Both the position numbers and the translations under genes were made by a program. Positions 27,301 to 39,686 of a stretch of DNA of 64,000 nt are shown one piece after another. Under the pieces are notes generated by a model. That model ran no database searches. It worked only from the letters and a program-made list of their open reading frames with translations, and was not told the DNA's origin. Position 1 is the stretch's first letter, and each line of letters opens with the position of its first letter. The stretch comes from Mobula hypostoma (taxonomy: Eukaryota): the NCBI RefSeq assembly GCF_963921235.1, contig NC_086108.1:111478001-111542000 (forward strand), in the 5' to 3' direction.

Positions 27301-28532
27301 GCAATTCCTTGGTCTCCGCCGCATCTGCTCTCAGGATGAGGCTTTTTCATTCCAGGACGAGGGAGATGTCCTCCTTTTTTAAAGAAAGGGGCTTCCCTTC
27401 TCCACTATCAACTCTGCTCTCAAACGCATCTCCCCCATTTCACGTACATCTGCTCTCACTCCACCCTCCCGCCACCCCACTAGGAATAGGGTTCCCCGGT
27501 CCTCACCTACCACCCCACCAGCCTCCGGGTCCAACATATTATTCTCCGTAACTTCAGCCAGCTCCAACGGGATCCCACCACTAAGCACATCTTTCCCTCC
27601 CCCCTCCCTGCTTTCCGCAAGGATCGCTCCCTATGCGACTCCCTTGTCCATTCGTCCCCTCCCATCACTCGCCACTGATCTCCCTCCTGGCACTTATCCT
27701 TGTAAGCGGAACAAGTGCTACACATGCCTTTACACTTCCTCCCTTACCACCATTCAGGGCCCCAGACAGTCCTTCCAGGTGAGGCAACACTTCACCTGTG
27801 AGTCGGCTGGGGTGATATACTGCGTCCGGTGCTCCCGATGTGGCCTTCTATATATTGGCGAGACCCGACGCAGACTGGGAGACCGCTTTGCTGAACACCT
27901 ACGCTCTGTCCGCCAGAGAAAGCAGGATCTCCCAGTGGCCACACATTTTAATTCCACATCCCATTCCCATTCTGACATGTCTATCCACGGCCTCCTCTAC
28001 TGTAAAGATGAAGCCACACTCAGGTTGGAGGAACAACACCTTATATTCCATCTGGGTAGCCTCCAACCTGATGGCATGAACATCGACTTCTCTAACTTCC
28101 GCTAATGCCCCACCTCCCCCTCGTACCCCATCTGTTATTTATTTTTATACACACATTCTTTCTCTCACTCTCCTTTTTCTCCCTCTGTCTCTCTGACTAT
28201 ACCCCTTGCCCATCCTCTGGTTCCCCCCTCCCTTATCTTTCTCCCCGGACCTCTTGTCCCATGATCCTCTCATATCCCTTTTGCCAATCACCTGTCCAGC
28301 TCTTGGCTCCATCCCTCCCCCTCCTGTCTTCTCCCTATCATTTTGGATCTCCCCCTCCCCCTCCCACTTTCAAATCTCTTACTAAGTCTTCCTTCAGTTA
28401 GCCCTGACGAAGGGTCTCGGCCTGAAACATCGACTGTACCTCTTCCTGGAGATGCTGCCTGGCCTGCTGCATTCACCAGCAACTTTGATGTGTGTTGCTT
28501 GAATTTCCAGCACCTGCATAATTCCTGTTGTT
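24324..28532. mobile_element. Large fold-back Penelope-like element (RT plus GIY-YIG in both inverted arms) in the last SSX2IP intron
   Basis: Left arm (-) 24324-~26620 with PLE RT motifs (FYLLPKIHK..PGRPIVS, GVAMG, YIDD, LPFLD) and GIY-YIG. Right arm (+) ~26614-28532 (MDVQSLYTSIP, YIDH, GIY-YIG). TSD tcagtggaat at 24311-24320 and 28533-28542, inside a CR1 fragment. Confidence 0.95.
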
Positions 28533-29637
28533 TCAGTGGAATTAAGATTGCTTGCACTTACCTCATCTATATCCCTCATAATTTTGTACACCTCTATCGA
28601 ATCTCCTCTCAATCTCCTACGTTCTAAATAATAGTCCAAACTAATTCAATCTTTTCCTAGAAGCCTGCTCCTCCTGAACCAGCAACATCCTTGTAAATTT
28701 TCTCTGTATTCTTTCAACCTTGTTTACTTCTTTCCTGTAGGTAGGTGACCAAAATTGCACACAATACTCCATATTATGCCTCACCAGTGTCATATACAAC
28801 TTCAACGCAAGATCCTATCTTCTGTACTCAATACATTGATTTATAAAGGTCAATATGCCACAGCTTTCTTTACAACCCTATCAACCCGTGACACCGCTTA
28901 CAACAAATTATGGACCTTTATTTCCAGAGCCCTTTGTTCATCCACAGTCTTCAGTGCCCTACCATTTACTGCGCAAGACCCATCCTGATGGTCTTACCGA
29001 AGTGCAACTCCTCGCACTTGTCTCTATTATATTTCACCTGCCATTTTTCAGCCAGTCCAGATCTCTCTGTAAGCCGTGACAGTCTTCCTTGCTGTCCACA
29101 ACACCCCTAGTCTTAGTAACAAATAAAAGAAAATCTGCAGATGCTGGAAATCCAAGCAGCACATACAAAATACTGAAGGAACTCAGCAGGCCAGGCAGCA
29201 TCTATGGAAAAAGAGTACAGTCAATGTTTTGGGCAGAGACCCTCCAGCAGATTGCTGCCTGGCCTGCTGAGCTCCTCCAGCATTTCGTGTGCTCGCCCAG
29301 TCTTGGCGTATTCCTCAAATTTGCTGATCCAGTTTAACCACATTATCATTCAGATCATTGATATAGATGACAAACAACAACAGACCCAGCGCTGATCCCT
29401 GCAGCACACCGCCAGTCAAAATCCTCTAGTCAGAGAGGCAACCATCTACTACTACACTCTGGTTTCCCCCACAAAGCCAGTGTCCTATCCAATTTACTAC
29501 CTCATCTTGAATGCCAAGCGACTGAACCTTCTTGACCAACCTCTCATGCAGGACCTCATCAAATACCTTGCTGAAATAAATTCCGTGCCTTGCTTCATCC
29601 ACTTTCCAGGTAACTTCCTTGAAACATATAAGATTAG

Positions 29638-31940
29638 TGTCAGATCTCTCAGTGGGAGAGCATTTTGGAGATAGTGATCATAATTCTATCTCCTTTGCAA
29701 TAGCATTGGGGAGAGATAGGAACAGACAAGTTAGAAAAGCATTTAATTGGAGTAAGGGGAATTATGAGGCTATCAGGCAGGAAATTGGAAGCTTAAATTG
29801 GGAACAGATGTTCTCAGGGAAAAGTACGGAAGAAATGCGGCAAACATTCAGGGGATATTTGTGTGGAGTACTGCATAGGTATGTTCCAATGAGACAGGGA
29901 AGTTATGGTATGGCACAGGAACCATGGTGTACAAAGGCTGTAATAAATCTAGTCAAGAAGAAAAGCTTACAAAAGGTTCGGAGAGCTAGATAATGCTAGA
30001 GATCTAGAAGATTATAAGGCTAACAGGAAGGAGCTTAAGAAGGAAATTAGGAGAGCCAGAAGGGGCCATGAGAAGGCCTTGGCGGGCAGGATTAAGGAAA
30101 ACCCCAAGGCATTCTACAAGTACGTGAAGAGCAAGAGGATAAGACGTGAAAGAATAGGACCTAATAAGTGTGACAGTGGGAAAGCGTGTATGGAACCGGA
30201 GAAAATAGCAGAGGTACCTAATGAATACTTTACTTCAGTATTCACTATGGAAAAGAATCTTGGTGATTGTACTGATGACTTGCAGCAGACTGAAAAGCTT
30301 GAGCATGTAGATATTAAGAAAGAGGATGTGCTGGAGCTTTTGGAAAGTATCAAGTTGGATAAGTCGCTGGGACCAGATGAGATGTACCCCAGGCTGCTGT
30401 GGAAGGCAAGGGAGGACATTGCTGAGCCTCTGGCGATGATCTTTGAATCATCAATGGGGACAGGAGAGATTCCGGAGGATTGGAGGGTTGCGGATGTTGT
30501 TCCCTTATTCAAGAAAGGGAGTAGAGATAGCCCAGGAAATTATAGACCAGCGAGTCTTACTTCAGTGGTTGGTAAGTTGATGGAGAAGATCCAGAGAGAC
30601 AGGATTTATGAACATTCGGAGAGGTATAATATGATTAGGAATAGTCAGCATGGCTTTGTCAAGGGCAGGTCGTGCCTTACGAGCCTGACTGAATTTTTTG
30701 AGGATGTGACTAAACACATTGATGAAGGAACAGCAATTGATGTAGTGTATATGGATTTCAGCAAGGCATTTGACAAGGTACCCCATGCAAGGCTTATTGA
30801 GAAAGTAAGGAGGCATAGGATCCAAGGGGACATTGCTTTGTGGATCCAGAACTGGCTTGCCCACAGAAGGCAAAGAGTGGTTGTAGAGGGGTCATATTCT
30901 GCATGGAGGTTGGTGACCAGTGGTGTGCCTCAGGGATCTGTTCTGGGACCCTTACTCTTCGTGATTTTTATAAATGACCTGGATGAAGTAGAGGAAGGAT
31001 GGGTTAGTAAGTTTGCTGATGACACAAAAGTTGGAGGTGTTGTGGATACTGTGGAGGGCTGTCAGAGGTTACAGCGGGACACTGATAGGATGCAAAACTG
31101 GGCTGAGAAATGGCAGATGGAGCTCAACCCAGATAAGTGTGAAGTGGTTCATTTTGGTTGGTCAAATATGATGGCAGAATATAGTATTAATGGTAAGACT
31201 CTTGGCAGTGTGGAGGATCAGAGGGTTCTCGGGGTCCGAGTCCACAGGATGCTCAAAGCAGCTGTGCAGGTTCACTCTGTGGTTAAGAAGGCATATGGTG
31301 TACTGGCCTTCATTAATCGTGGAATTGAGTTTAGGAGCCGAGAGGTAATGTTGCAGCTATATAGGATCCTGCTCAGACCCCACTTGAAGTACTGTGCTCG
31401 GTTCTGGTCGCCTCACTACAGGAAGGATGTGGAAACCATAGAAAGGGTGCAGAGGAGATTTACAAGGATGTTGCCTGGATTGGGGAGCTTGCCTTATGAA
31501 AACAGGTTGAGTGAACTCGGCCTTTTCTCCTTGGAGCGACGGAGGATGAGAGGTGACCTGATAGATTTATATAAGATGATGAGAGGCATTGATCATGTGG
31601 ATAGTCAGAGGTTTTTTCCCAGGGCTGAAATGGTTGCCACAAGAGGGCACAGTTTAAGGTGCTGGAGACGTAGGTACAGAGGAGATGTCAGGGGTAAGTT
31701 GTTGTTGTTGTTGTTTTTTTAAAAACGCAGAGAGTGGTGAGTGCATGGAATGGCCCATCAGCAACGATGGTAGAGGCGGATACGATAGGGTCTTTTAAGA
31801 GACTTTTGGATAGATACAGGGAGATTAGAAAAATAGAGGGCTATGGGTAAGCCTGGTAATTTCTAAAGGTAGAGACATGTTTAGCACAACTTTGTGGGCC
31901 GAAGGGCCTGTATTGTGCTGTAGGTTTTCTATGTTTCTAT
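29638..31940 (+). mobile_element. 5'-truncated CR1 LINE with a 547 aa uninterrupted RT ORF, nested in an older opposite-strand CR1
   Basis: ORF 30079..31722 has the full RT motif set (QHGFVKGRSC, DFSKAFD, GVPQGSVLGP, FADDTK). Ends in tttctatgtttctat. Flanks 28550-29637 and 31941-32870 are (-) CR1 sequence. Confidence 0.93.
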
Positions 31941-34900
31941 GACCTACCACATATGAAGCCATGCTGACTATCTTTAATCAGTACATGTCTATCCAAATAC
32001 TCACATGTCTGATCCCTTAAAATACCTTCTAATAACTTTCCCCACAACTGATGTCAGACTCACTGGCCTATGATTTCCTGGTTTATGTTTTTAAAAACAT
32101 TAGCTCTCTTCCAATCCTCTGGTCCCTCTCCTGACACTAAGGGTGGTTTAAATACCCCTGCTAGGGCCTGGGCAATTTCTGCACTTGCCTCCTGAAGGCT
32201 CCGAGGGAACACCTTGTTAGACCCTGGGGATTTTATCCACCCTGATTTGCTTCAGAACATCAAACACCTCCTCCTCTGTAATCTATACAGGGTCCATGAA
32301 GTTGATGCCACCTTGCCTCATCTCTGTAGACTTTGTGTCAGTCTCCTGAGTACATACAAATGCAAAGAATGCATTTAAGATCTTGCCCATCTGTTGTGAC
32401 TCTGCACATGGATTCTCATTCTGATCTTCCAGAGGACCAATTTTGTCCCTTGCAATCCTTTTGCTCTTAACATCTCTGTAGAATCCCTAAGCATTCTCCT
32501 TCGCCTTGTCTGCTAGGGCAATTTCATGTCTTCTTTTAGCCCTTGTGTTTCTTTAAGTGTTCTCTTGCATTCCTTATACTCCATAAGTACCTCATTTGTT
32601 CCTACCTGCCTATATCTGCTATGCATCTCCTCTTTGTTCTTAAACAGGGCCTCAATATCTCGTTAAAACCAAGGTTCCCTACTCGTTATCTTTAGCTTTA
32701 TTCTGACTAGCACATGCAAGCTTTGTACTCTCAAAATTTCACTTTTTGAAGGCCTCCTACTTACCAATTACACCATTGCCAGAAAGCATTCTGTCCCAAA
32801 CCACACTGGCCAAATCATTTCTGATACCATCAAAATTGGCTTTCGACCAATTTAGAATCTCAAATCATGGATCAACCAATCTTTTTTGCATGTGCAATTC
32901 TGATTTAGATCATGCTTTATTGTATTAATACAGTTATGCTGTTAGGTATCTTATTTTCTGCAGATTTTCTGAAAATGCAATGTGTTCCTTTAATTATATT
33001 GTACAATCAAGTATTTCATTTCTTTTTTAAAATAGTAATTCAGTTGATTAAGTTAGGCTTGTTGTAATAATCAATGGGATAGTTAACATTTTGTCCAATA
33101 AGATGCCCCAGAATATTCTAGAGGATTCCGGGGGTGGGGGGGGGGCAGGAGTTTTGGAGGAAGAAGGAAGAAGGAAAATGGAAAAGGATGACAATCACAG
33201 CTGAAGAACATGAACTCACTTGGAATGACAGATACTGCTGTCAAATCTTAATGCAAACAATGGGCTCACAGAGAATGTACAGATAACTTTTAATTAGCTA
33301 GTTATCACACAACCTTGGAGAAAGTTCAAGACACTTTGTCCTTGAATATGTACTTCTGCTTTGTTTGGACTGCGTTTCAGGTGGAATTGTTCAGTACTGT
33401 GAGTAAACGGAGTGAAACAAACCTGGATTGACTACACAACAATGAGCTCCAATGATTATGTGCACATAATAGGCTAATTATGTGTAATGGATTCTTTTCT
33501 TTATTGTGTTTGTTATAGTTGAAAATATTTTGTCGATGCAATTTTAATCTAAGCTTATTAGTGTAAGTTAACTTATTGCTTTCTGGTGAACAGTAAATTT
33601 GCATGGTGGTCAGTGTTCATTCAAGTAATAATCCTACTTTCCCTTCAAGGAACATTCAAACTTGTGTTTTGTATTGATCCAAATCATATTTACCTTGGAC
33701 ATATTTATTTATTGGAAATAGCCTTCTCATCATTATTCCCATGTATTGTCCAGTAATGTTGCTGTGAGCTTGCATTCACGGTAATAGTCAACTCATTATG
33801 AGCCTACGGTGTGAAGGTTACAAATATTTACTTTGAAAATAATAGCATTGTGCTCACTGTAGGGCAAAGTTCCCCTACACAAACCTCTGTCACCTGCCCA
33901 GTCTCATTTCCTAATAGAAAATCAAGTATTACATTCTTGGGACTTCTATGTGCTGTTTAAGGAATGCTTCCCGAACACAAACTCTATTCCATCTAGTAAT
34001 TTTACAGTATGGGAGTCCCAGTCAACATGTGGAAAGTTGAAATTCACGCACTATAACAATCTTACATTTCTTGCAACAGTCTGCAATCCTTCTACCAATT
34101 TGTTCCTGGTCTGTAATATAGCCCTGTTAATGTGGTCATATCTTTCTTACTTCTCAGTTCCATCCATAACACTTCATTAGACAAGTTCTCCAGTCTATCC
34201 TGATGGAGCACTGCCATGACATTTTTCCTGGCCAGCAATGCCACCCCCTCCTCCTTTAATCCCTCCCACTTTGTCAGAACCCCAGAATGTTGAGCACCAG
34301 TCCTCTCTTGCAACCAAGTCTCACTAATGGCTACAGCATCATAAATCCATAATTCAGTCCTGATGAAGGGTCTTGACCCAAAACATCGACAGTTTACTCT
34401 TTTCCATAGATGCTGCTTGGCCTGTAAGTTCCTCCAACATTTTGTGTGCATTGCTTGGATTTCCAGCATCTGCAGATGTTCTCGACATAGTTCTATGTGT
34501 TGATCCATGCCGAACTCATCTGCCTTTCCTACGATACTTCTTGCACTGAAGTAGATGCAGCTCAGGGCACTAAATAAATAATCTGGGGTGCTAAGACTTT
34601 TGCACATTACTGTAGTAATTTTATATATTGCACTGTACTGCTGCCGCAAAAAACAAACAAATTTCATGACATATGTGAGGAATGATAAACGTGATTCTGA
34701 TACGTGACTCTATTGTGGACTGAGAGTGGGAAGATGACAGGGAGAAAGAAATCATGGTTGGGAAAAGGGGTGGGATGCACCAGAGGGACATCCTGTAATG
34801 ATCAATAAAGCAATTGCTTGGAATCAAATGACCTTGTCTGGTGTCTCAGGGCTGGGTGCGCCTGCACCTACGCCACCCGTGGGGGGGCCCCCGGCACTGC

Positions 34901-35279
34901 TTCTCTGCCACCTGTCCCACACCCCACCTGCAGCACTTCACCTTCACCGTTCTCAACATCCTTTGCTCCAGTTTACAAACTTACTCTGTTCCACATTGCC
35001 AAATACAGTACTGTGCAAAAGTCTTGGGCACCCTCGCTTTTCATGTTCCCTTAAACATTTCACCTTTCATACTTAACCCATGACCTCTAGTTCTAGTCTC
35101 AACCAACCTTAGTGGCAAAAGCCTGCTTGAATTTACCCTATTCACTCCCCCATGGACAGTCCTAAGCCCACCTGCAAAAGGAGGGATGGGGAGGGGGCTA
35201 GCAAACGCACCCCATAAAAACCCAAAGCTAGGGAATCGCCAATAGAAGCCCAAAAGACCTCATCTCTGGGAGATAAAAG

Positions 35280-36965
35280 ACCATAAGACAAAGGAGCAGA
35301 ATTAAGCTATTTCGCCCACCGAGTCTGCTCTGCCATTCAATCATGGCTGATCCTTTTCTCCCCCCCACCTCAATCCCACTTCCGGGCCTTCTCCCCATAA
35401 ACTTTGATGCAGTGTCCAATCAAGAACTTAGCAAGCTTTGCCTTAAATACACCCAATGACCTGGCCTTCAAGCTGCCTGTAGTGATAAATTCCAAATTCA
35501 CCACCCTCTGGCTGAAGAAATTTCTCCACATCTGTTTTAAACGGATGCCCACTCTGTCCTGAGGCTGTGCCCTCTTGCCCTAGATTCTAGCACCACAGGA
35601 AACATCCTTTCCCCATCTTCTCTCTCCGGGCCTTTCAACATTTGAAAGGTTTCAATGAGATACCTCCTCATCCTTCTAAATTTGAATCAGTACAGACCCA
35701 GAGCTATCAACCTTCCTCGTATGATATCCCTTTCATTCTCATAATTATCCTTGTGAACCTCCTCTGAACCCTCTCCAATGCCAGCACATCTTTTCTGAGA
35801 TGAGCATCCCACAACTGTTCACAATACTTAAGGTGAGGCCTCACCAGTTACCTTATAAAGCCTCAGCATCATATCCCTGCTCTTATATGTTAGATCTCTT
35901 GAAACGAATGCTAACATTGCATTTGCCTTTCTCACCACCAACTCTACCAGCAAGTTAACCTTTAGGGTGTTCTGCACAAAGACTCCCAAGTCGCTTTGCA
36001 TCTCATATTTTTGGATTTTCTCCCCCTTTAGAAAATAGCCTGCACATTTATTTCTATTACCAAAGTGCATGACCATGCATTTTCCAACATTGTATTTCAT
36101 TTGCCACTTTCTTACCCATTCTCCTAATCTGTCCAAGTCTTTCAGCCTGCCCATTTCCTCAATACTACTTCTCCCTCCAGCAATTTTCATATCATCTGCA
36201 AACTTGGCAACAAAGCCATCTATATCATCTAAATCATTTATATACAGCATAAAAAGAAGCGGTCCCAACACCGACCCCTGTGGAACACCTCCAGTCACTG
36301 GCAGCCAACCAGACAAGGATCCTTTTATTCCCACTCGCTGCCTCCTAGCAATCAGCCAATGCTCCAACCATGCTAGTAACTTTCCTGTAATACCATGGGC
36401 TCTTAACTTGGTAAGCAGCCTCATGTGTGGCATCTTGCCAAAGGCTTGTTGAAAGTCCAAATGTACAACATCCACTGCCTCCCTTTTATCAATCCTACTT
36501 GTAATTTCCTCAAAGAATTCCAACAGGTTTGTCAGGCTTGATTTTCCCTGAAGGAAACCATGCTGACTTTGTCCTACCTTGTCCTGTGTCACCAAGTACT
36601 CCATAACCTCATCCTTAACAACAGACTCCAACATCTTCCAGCCACCGGGGTCAGGCTAACTGGTCTAAAATTTCCTTTCTGCTTCCATCTTCCTTTCTTA
36701 AAGAGTGGAGTGACATTTGCAATTTTCCAGTTCTCTGGCACCATGCCAGGGTCCAATGATTTTTGAAAGATTATTACTAATGCCTCCACAATCTCTACCA
36801 CTACCTTTTTCAAAACCCTAGGGTATAGTTCATCTGGTCTGGGTGATTTACATACCCTTACATCTTTCAGCTTTTTGAGCACCTTCTCCCTTGTAATAGT
36901 AACTGCACTCACTTCTCTTCCCTCACACCCTTCAATATCTGGCACACTGCTAGTGTCTTTCACAG
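35280..36965 (-). mobile_element. CR1 LINE RT fragment
   Basis: ORFs 36589..36984 and 35828..36634 (QHGFLQGKS, GGVPQGSVLGP, KFADDMK). Related to 5655-6705 and 55055-55960. Confidence 0.88.
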
Positions 36966-37138
36966 TGATGCAAAAGATTTTCATTGATGGGCTACACCCG
37001 GGGACAACTTGAAGGATGGGTCCAGGTCACAGGACTCTGGCAAGCTGCTTTCAGCAGCCTATGTTCCAATTGGGGTGACAGACTTGAGAGAGAAGAGATT
37101 CATTCTATCTATACCCTCAAAAGAATTTTGCTACGCAC

Positions 37139-37304
37139 CTCGAGCCTGGACTGAGACATCCTTTTCTACCAGATTCTGCAGTTGTGGCGCTCTTCAATGA
37201 AGGAAATTTGGTATTTCTTGGAGTTTCCTGTGTAGTACTATTAGATCCAAAGCAAGCTGGCATATTTGGCTGTGACTGTACTCTGCGTTTCTCCTGCTCT
37301 GGAC
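37139..37304 (-). CDS. SSX2IP: SSX2IP penultimate exon (divergent S/P/T-rich tail): (S)PEQEKRRVQSQPNMPACFGSNSTTQETPRNTKFPSLKSATTAESGRKGCLSPGS(S)
   Basis: Non-repetitive island with an open frame. Acceptor cttccag, donor gtgcgt, 166 nt, phase 1 to 2, exactly bridging the flanking exons. Sequence similarity to mammalian SSX2IP is weak. Confidence 0.75.
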
Positions 37305-37442
37305 CTGGAAGATATTTAATGTGTTATCATCAGACATATTTAGTAAATTATTTATTATTGTCACACATATCAAGGTACAGTGAAAATCTTGTCTTGCATG
37401 CAGATCAAATCTTTACATGGTCCACTGAATTACACTGTTTAA

Positions 37443-37850
37443 AGGGGCGGCAAGGTAGTACAGCAATGAGCATAATGTTATTACAGTGCCAGAGACCCAG
37501 GTTCAGTTCCCATTGCTGTCAGTAGAATTGTACATTCTCCCCATGACTGTATGGGTTTCTTCCGGGTGCTCTGGTTTCCCCCCCACATTCCAAAGATGTA
37601 TAGGTCAGTAGGTTAATTACCCTAGCGTTATTACAATGGCAGAGACCCAGGTTCGGTTCCCAATGGTTTCAGTAAAGAGTTGTAGATTCGTCCCGTGACT
37701 GCATGGGTTTCTTAGGGATGCTGCCCCCAGTTACCCCCCACGTTCCAAAGGTGTACAGGTCAGTAGGTTAATTTGCCACATGGGTGCAATTGGGAGGCAC
37801 TGGCTTGTCGGGCTGAAAGGGCCTGTTACCGTAATGTATCTTTAAATAAA
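37443..37850 (+). mobile_element. V-domain-type SINE with internal tandem duplication
   Basis: Central motif tgggttt..cgggtgctctggtttcc.cccacattccaaagatgt occurs twice. Related copies at ~13180-13390, 22500-22790, 40577-40870, 43955-44270, 47820-48050 and 50690-50905. Confidence 0.6.
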
Positions 37851-38853
37851 AATACAAGGGAAAACAATAACAGAATGCAAAATAAAGTGTTACAGTTACA
37901 GAATAAGGACAGTGCATGCAGTCAATAATGGGCAAGGACATAACAAAATAGAATGTGAGGTCAAGAGCCTATCTTATCAGGATCAGATTTATTATCAAAT
38001 GACATATGTTGTGAAATTTTCTGTTTTGCAGCAGCAATACAGTGTAATACTAAAAATGACTTAATTACAGTAGTATAGATAAATCATACAAAAAGAGCAA
38101 AAGTAGTGAAATAGTGTTTATGGGCCATTCAGAAGTCTGATGGTGGAGGAGAAGACCCTACACTCAATGTTCCCAAAACATTGAGTGTGGGTCTTCAGCT
38201 TCTGCACCTCAAGTGTACTTCAGCTTAAAGGGTCCCTTCGTTCCAAACAAGAAATCTCAAATAATCTTTATAATAAGATCATTTGACAAGGAACTCCTGG
38301 GGGGCTGGAAACAATACAAAAATGACAAAGCTGCAAACCACAAAAGGCTGGAAATAGCAGGTTAGGCCACATCTGTGGGGGAGAAAAACAAAGTTAAATT
38401 TGTAAGCATATACCACCAGGCTCATGGAGAGCCTCTATCCTGCTATTACCACACCGGTGAATGATTTCTATTACGTTAATACAGACTCTTGACCTACAGA
38501 CTACCTCATTATGGCCTTGCACATTATTGTCCACCTGCACTGCACTTTCTCTCTACTTTATTCTGCATTCTGTTATTGTTTTACCTTTGTACTACTTTGA
38601 CACACTGCTGTAATCAAATGCTTCGCATGCACAACATGCAAAACAAAGTTTTTCACTATACTTTGGTTCTATGACCAGACGGCTGAGCTTCAGAAAAAGA
38701 CGTCCCTTGCAGAACAGGGACAAAGATCCAAAGTACATTTGTTATCAAACTAGTTCTTTAGCCTGAGGGTTGTGAATCTGTGGAATTCATTGCCACAGAT
38801 GGCTGTGGAGACCAAGTTACTGGGTATATTTAAAACTTAGTTTTAAATAGGTT

Positions 38854-39088
38854 CATACATCAAAGTTGCTGGTGAACGCAGCAGGCCAGGCAGCATCTAT
38901 AGGAAGAGGCGCAGTCGACGTTTCAGGCCGAGACCCTTCGTCAGGACTAAGTAGTCCTGACGAAGGGTCTCGGCCTGAAACGTCGACTGCGTCTCTTCCT
39001 ATAGATGCTGCCTGGCCTGCTGCGTTCACCAGCAACTTTGATGTATGTTGCTTGAATTTCCAGCATCAGCAGAATTCCTGTTGTTTGC
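38854..39088. mobile_element. Second short fold-back Penelope-like insertion (96 bp arms, 2 nt spacer, one mismatch)
   Basis: 38854-38949 is inverted at 38952-39047. Tail 39048-39088. TSD ttttaaataggtt at 38841-38853 and 39089-39101, inside a CR1 3' fragment. Confidence 0.92.
38953..38988 (+). ncRNA. Minimal type I hammerhead ribozyme motif (best-preserved copy; mirror copy on - at ~38913-38948)
   Basis: Stem I AGUC/GACU, core CUGACGA, stem II AGG/CCU, GAAA, palindromic ACGU stem III. Predicted cleavage after GUC at 38984. Fits the minimal hammerheads known from Penelope-like elements; activity untested. Confidence 0.75.
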
Positions 39089-39568
39089 TTTTAAATAGGT
39101 TTTTCATTTGTCAAGGTGTCAAAGGCTACGGGAAGAAGGTAGCAGAATGAGATGAGAGGGAAAATAATCAGCCATGATTGAACAGTGGAGTGGACTCAAT
39201 GGGCTGAAAGTATGCCTTATGGTCTTATGATACAATAATAAAACAATTTACCAAGTAATTTTAGGTAGATTTAAGGTCAGTTAACTCCTCCCACAGATAT
39301 CTGGCGAGTATTTCTGTCTGCTTTTGTTTGAAATGCTGGGGGTATATGTATTTACACAGAGAGTTTTAAATCTTTACTATGTGGACTGAACTGGATTAAC
39401 TTTTGAACATTTCGAAGAAATAGCTCAGGATTGATCTGGGAATCAGAGCGGAGAAGATAATTAGCTCCAGTCACCATATTGCAAGACAAATGAAGTCAAC
39501 AAGACCAAAATGGAGACATAATTTGCCAACAACTGCACAAGTACTGGTCACGTAGTTACAAAACTCAC

Positions 39569-39686
39569 TAATAGACAAGGCACTGTGTGGTTTCATTATT
39601 TTTGGCCTTTTGCTCTCCACAAAAGGAGTCATGTTCAAGAACTGTTGCTTCAACCACATCGCTCGGTCATCCTCGAAGGCCTTCCT
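39569..39686 (-). CDS. SSX2IP: SSX2IP coding exon: RKAFEDDRAMWLKQQFLNMTPFVESKRPKIMKPHSALSI
   Basis: Matches RKAFEEERASWLKQQFLNMTTF. ctgcag/gtgagt, 118 nt, phase 0 to 1. Confidence 0.94.

Noticed and set aside
30079..31722. 547 aa ORF as a host or domesticated gene
   Set aside because: Ordinary 5'-truncated CR1 ORF2 with upstream and C-terminal frameshifts and a LINE tail.
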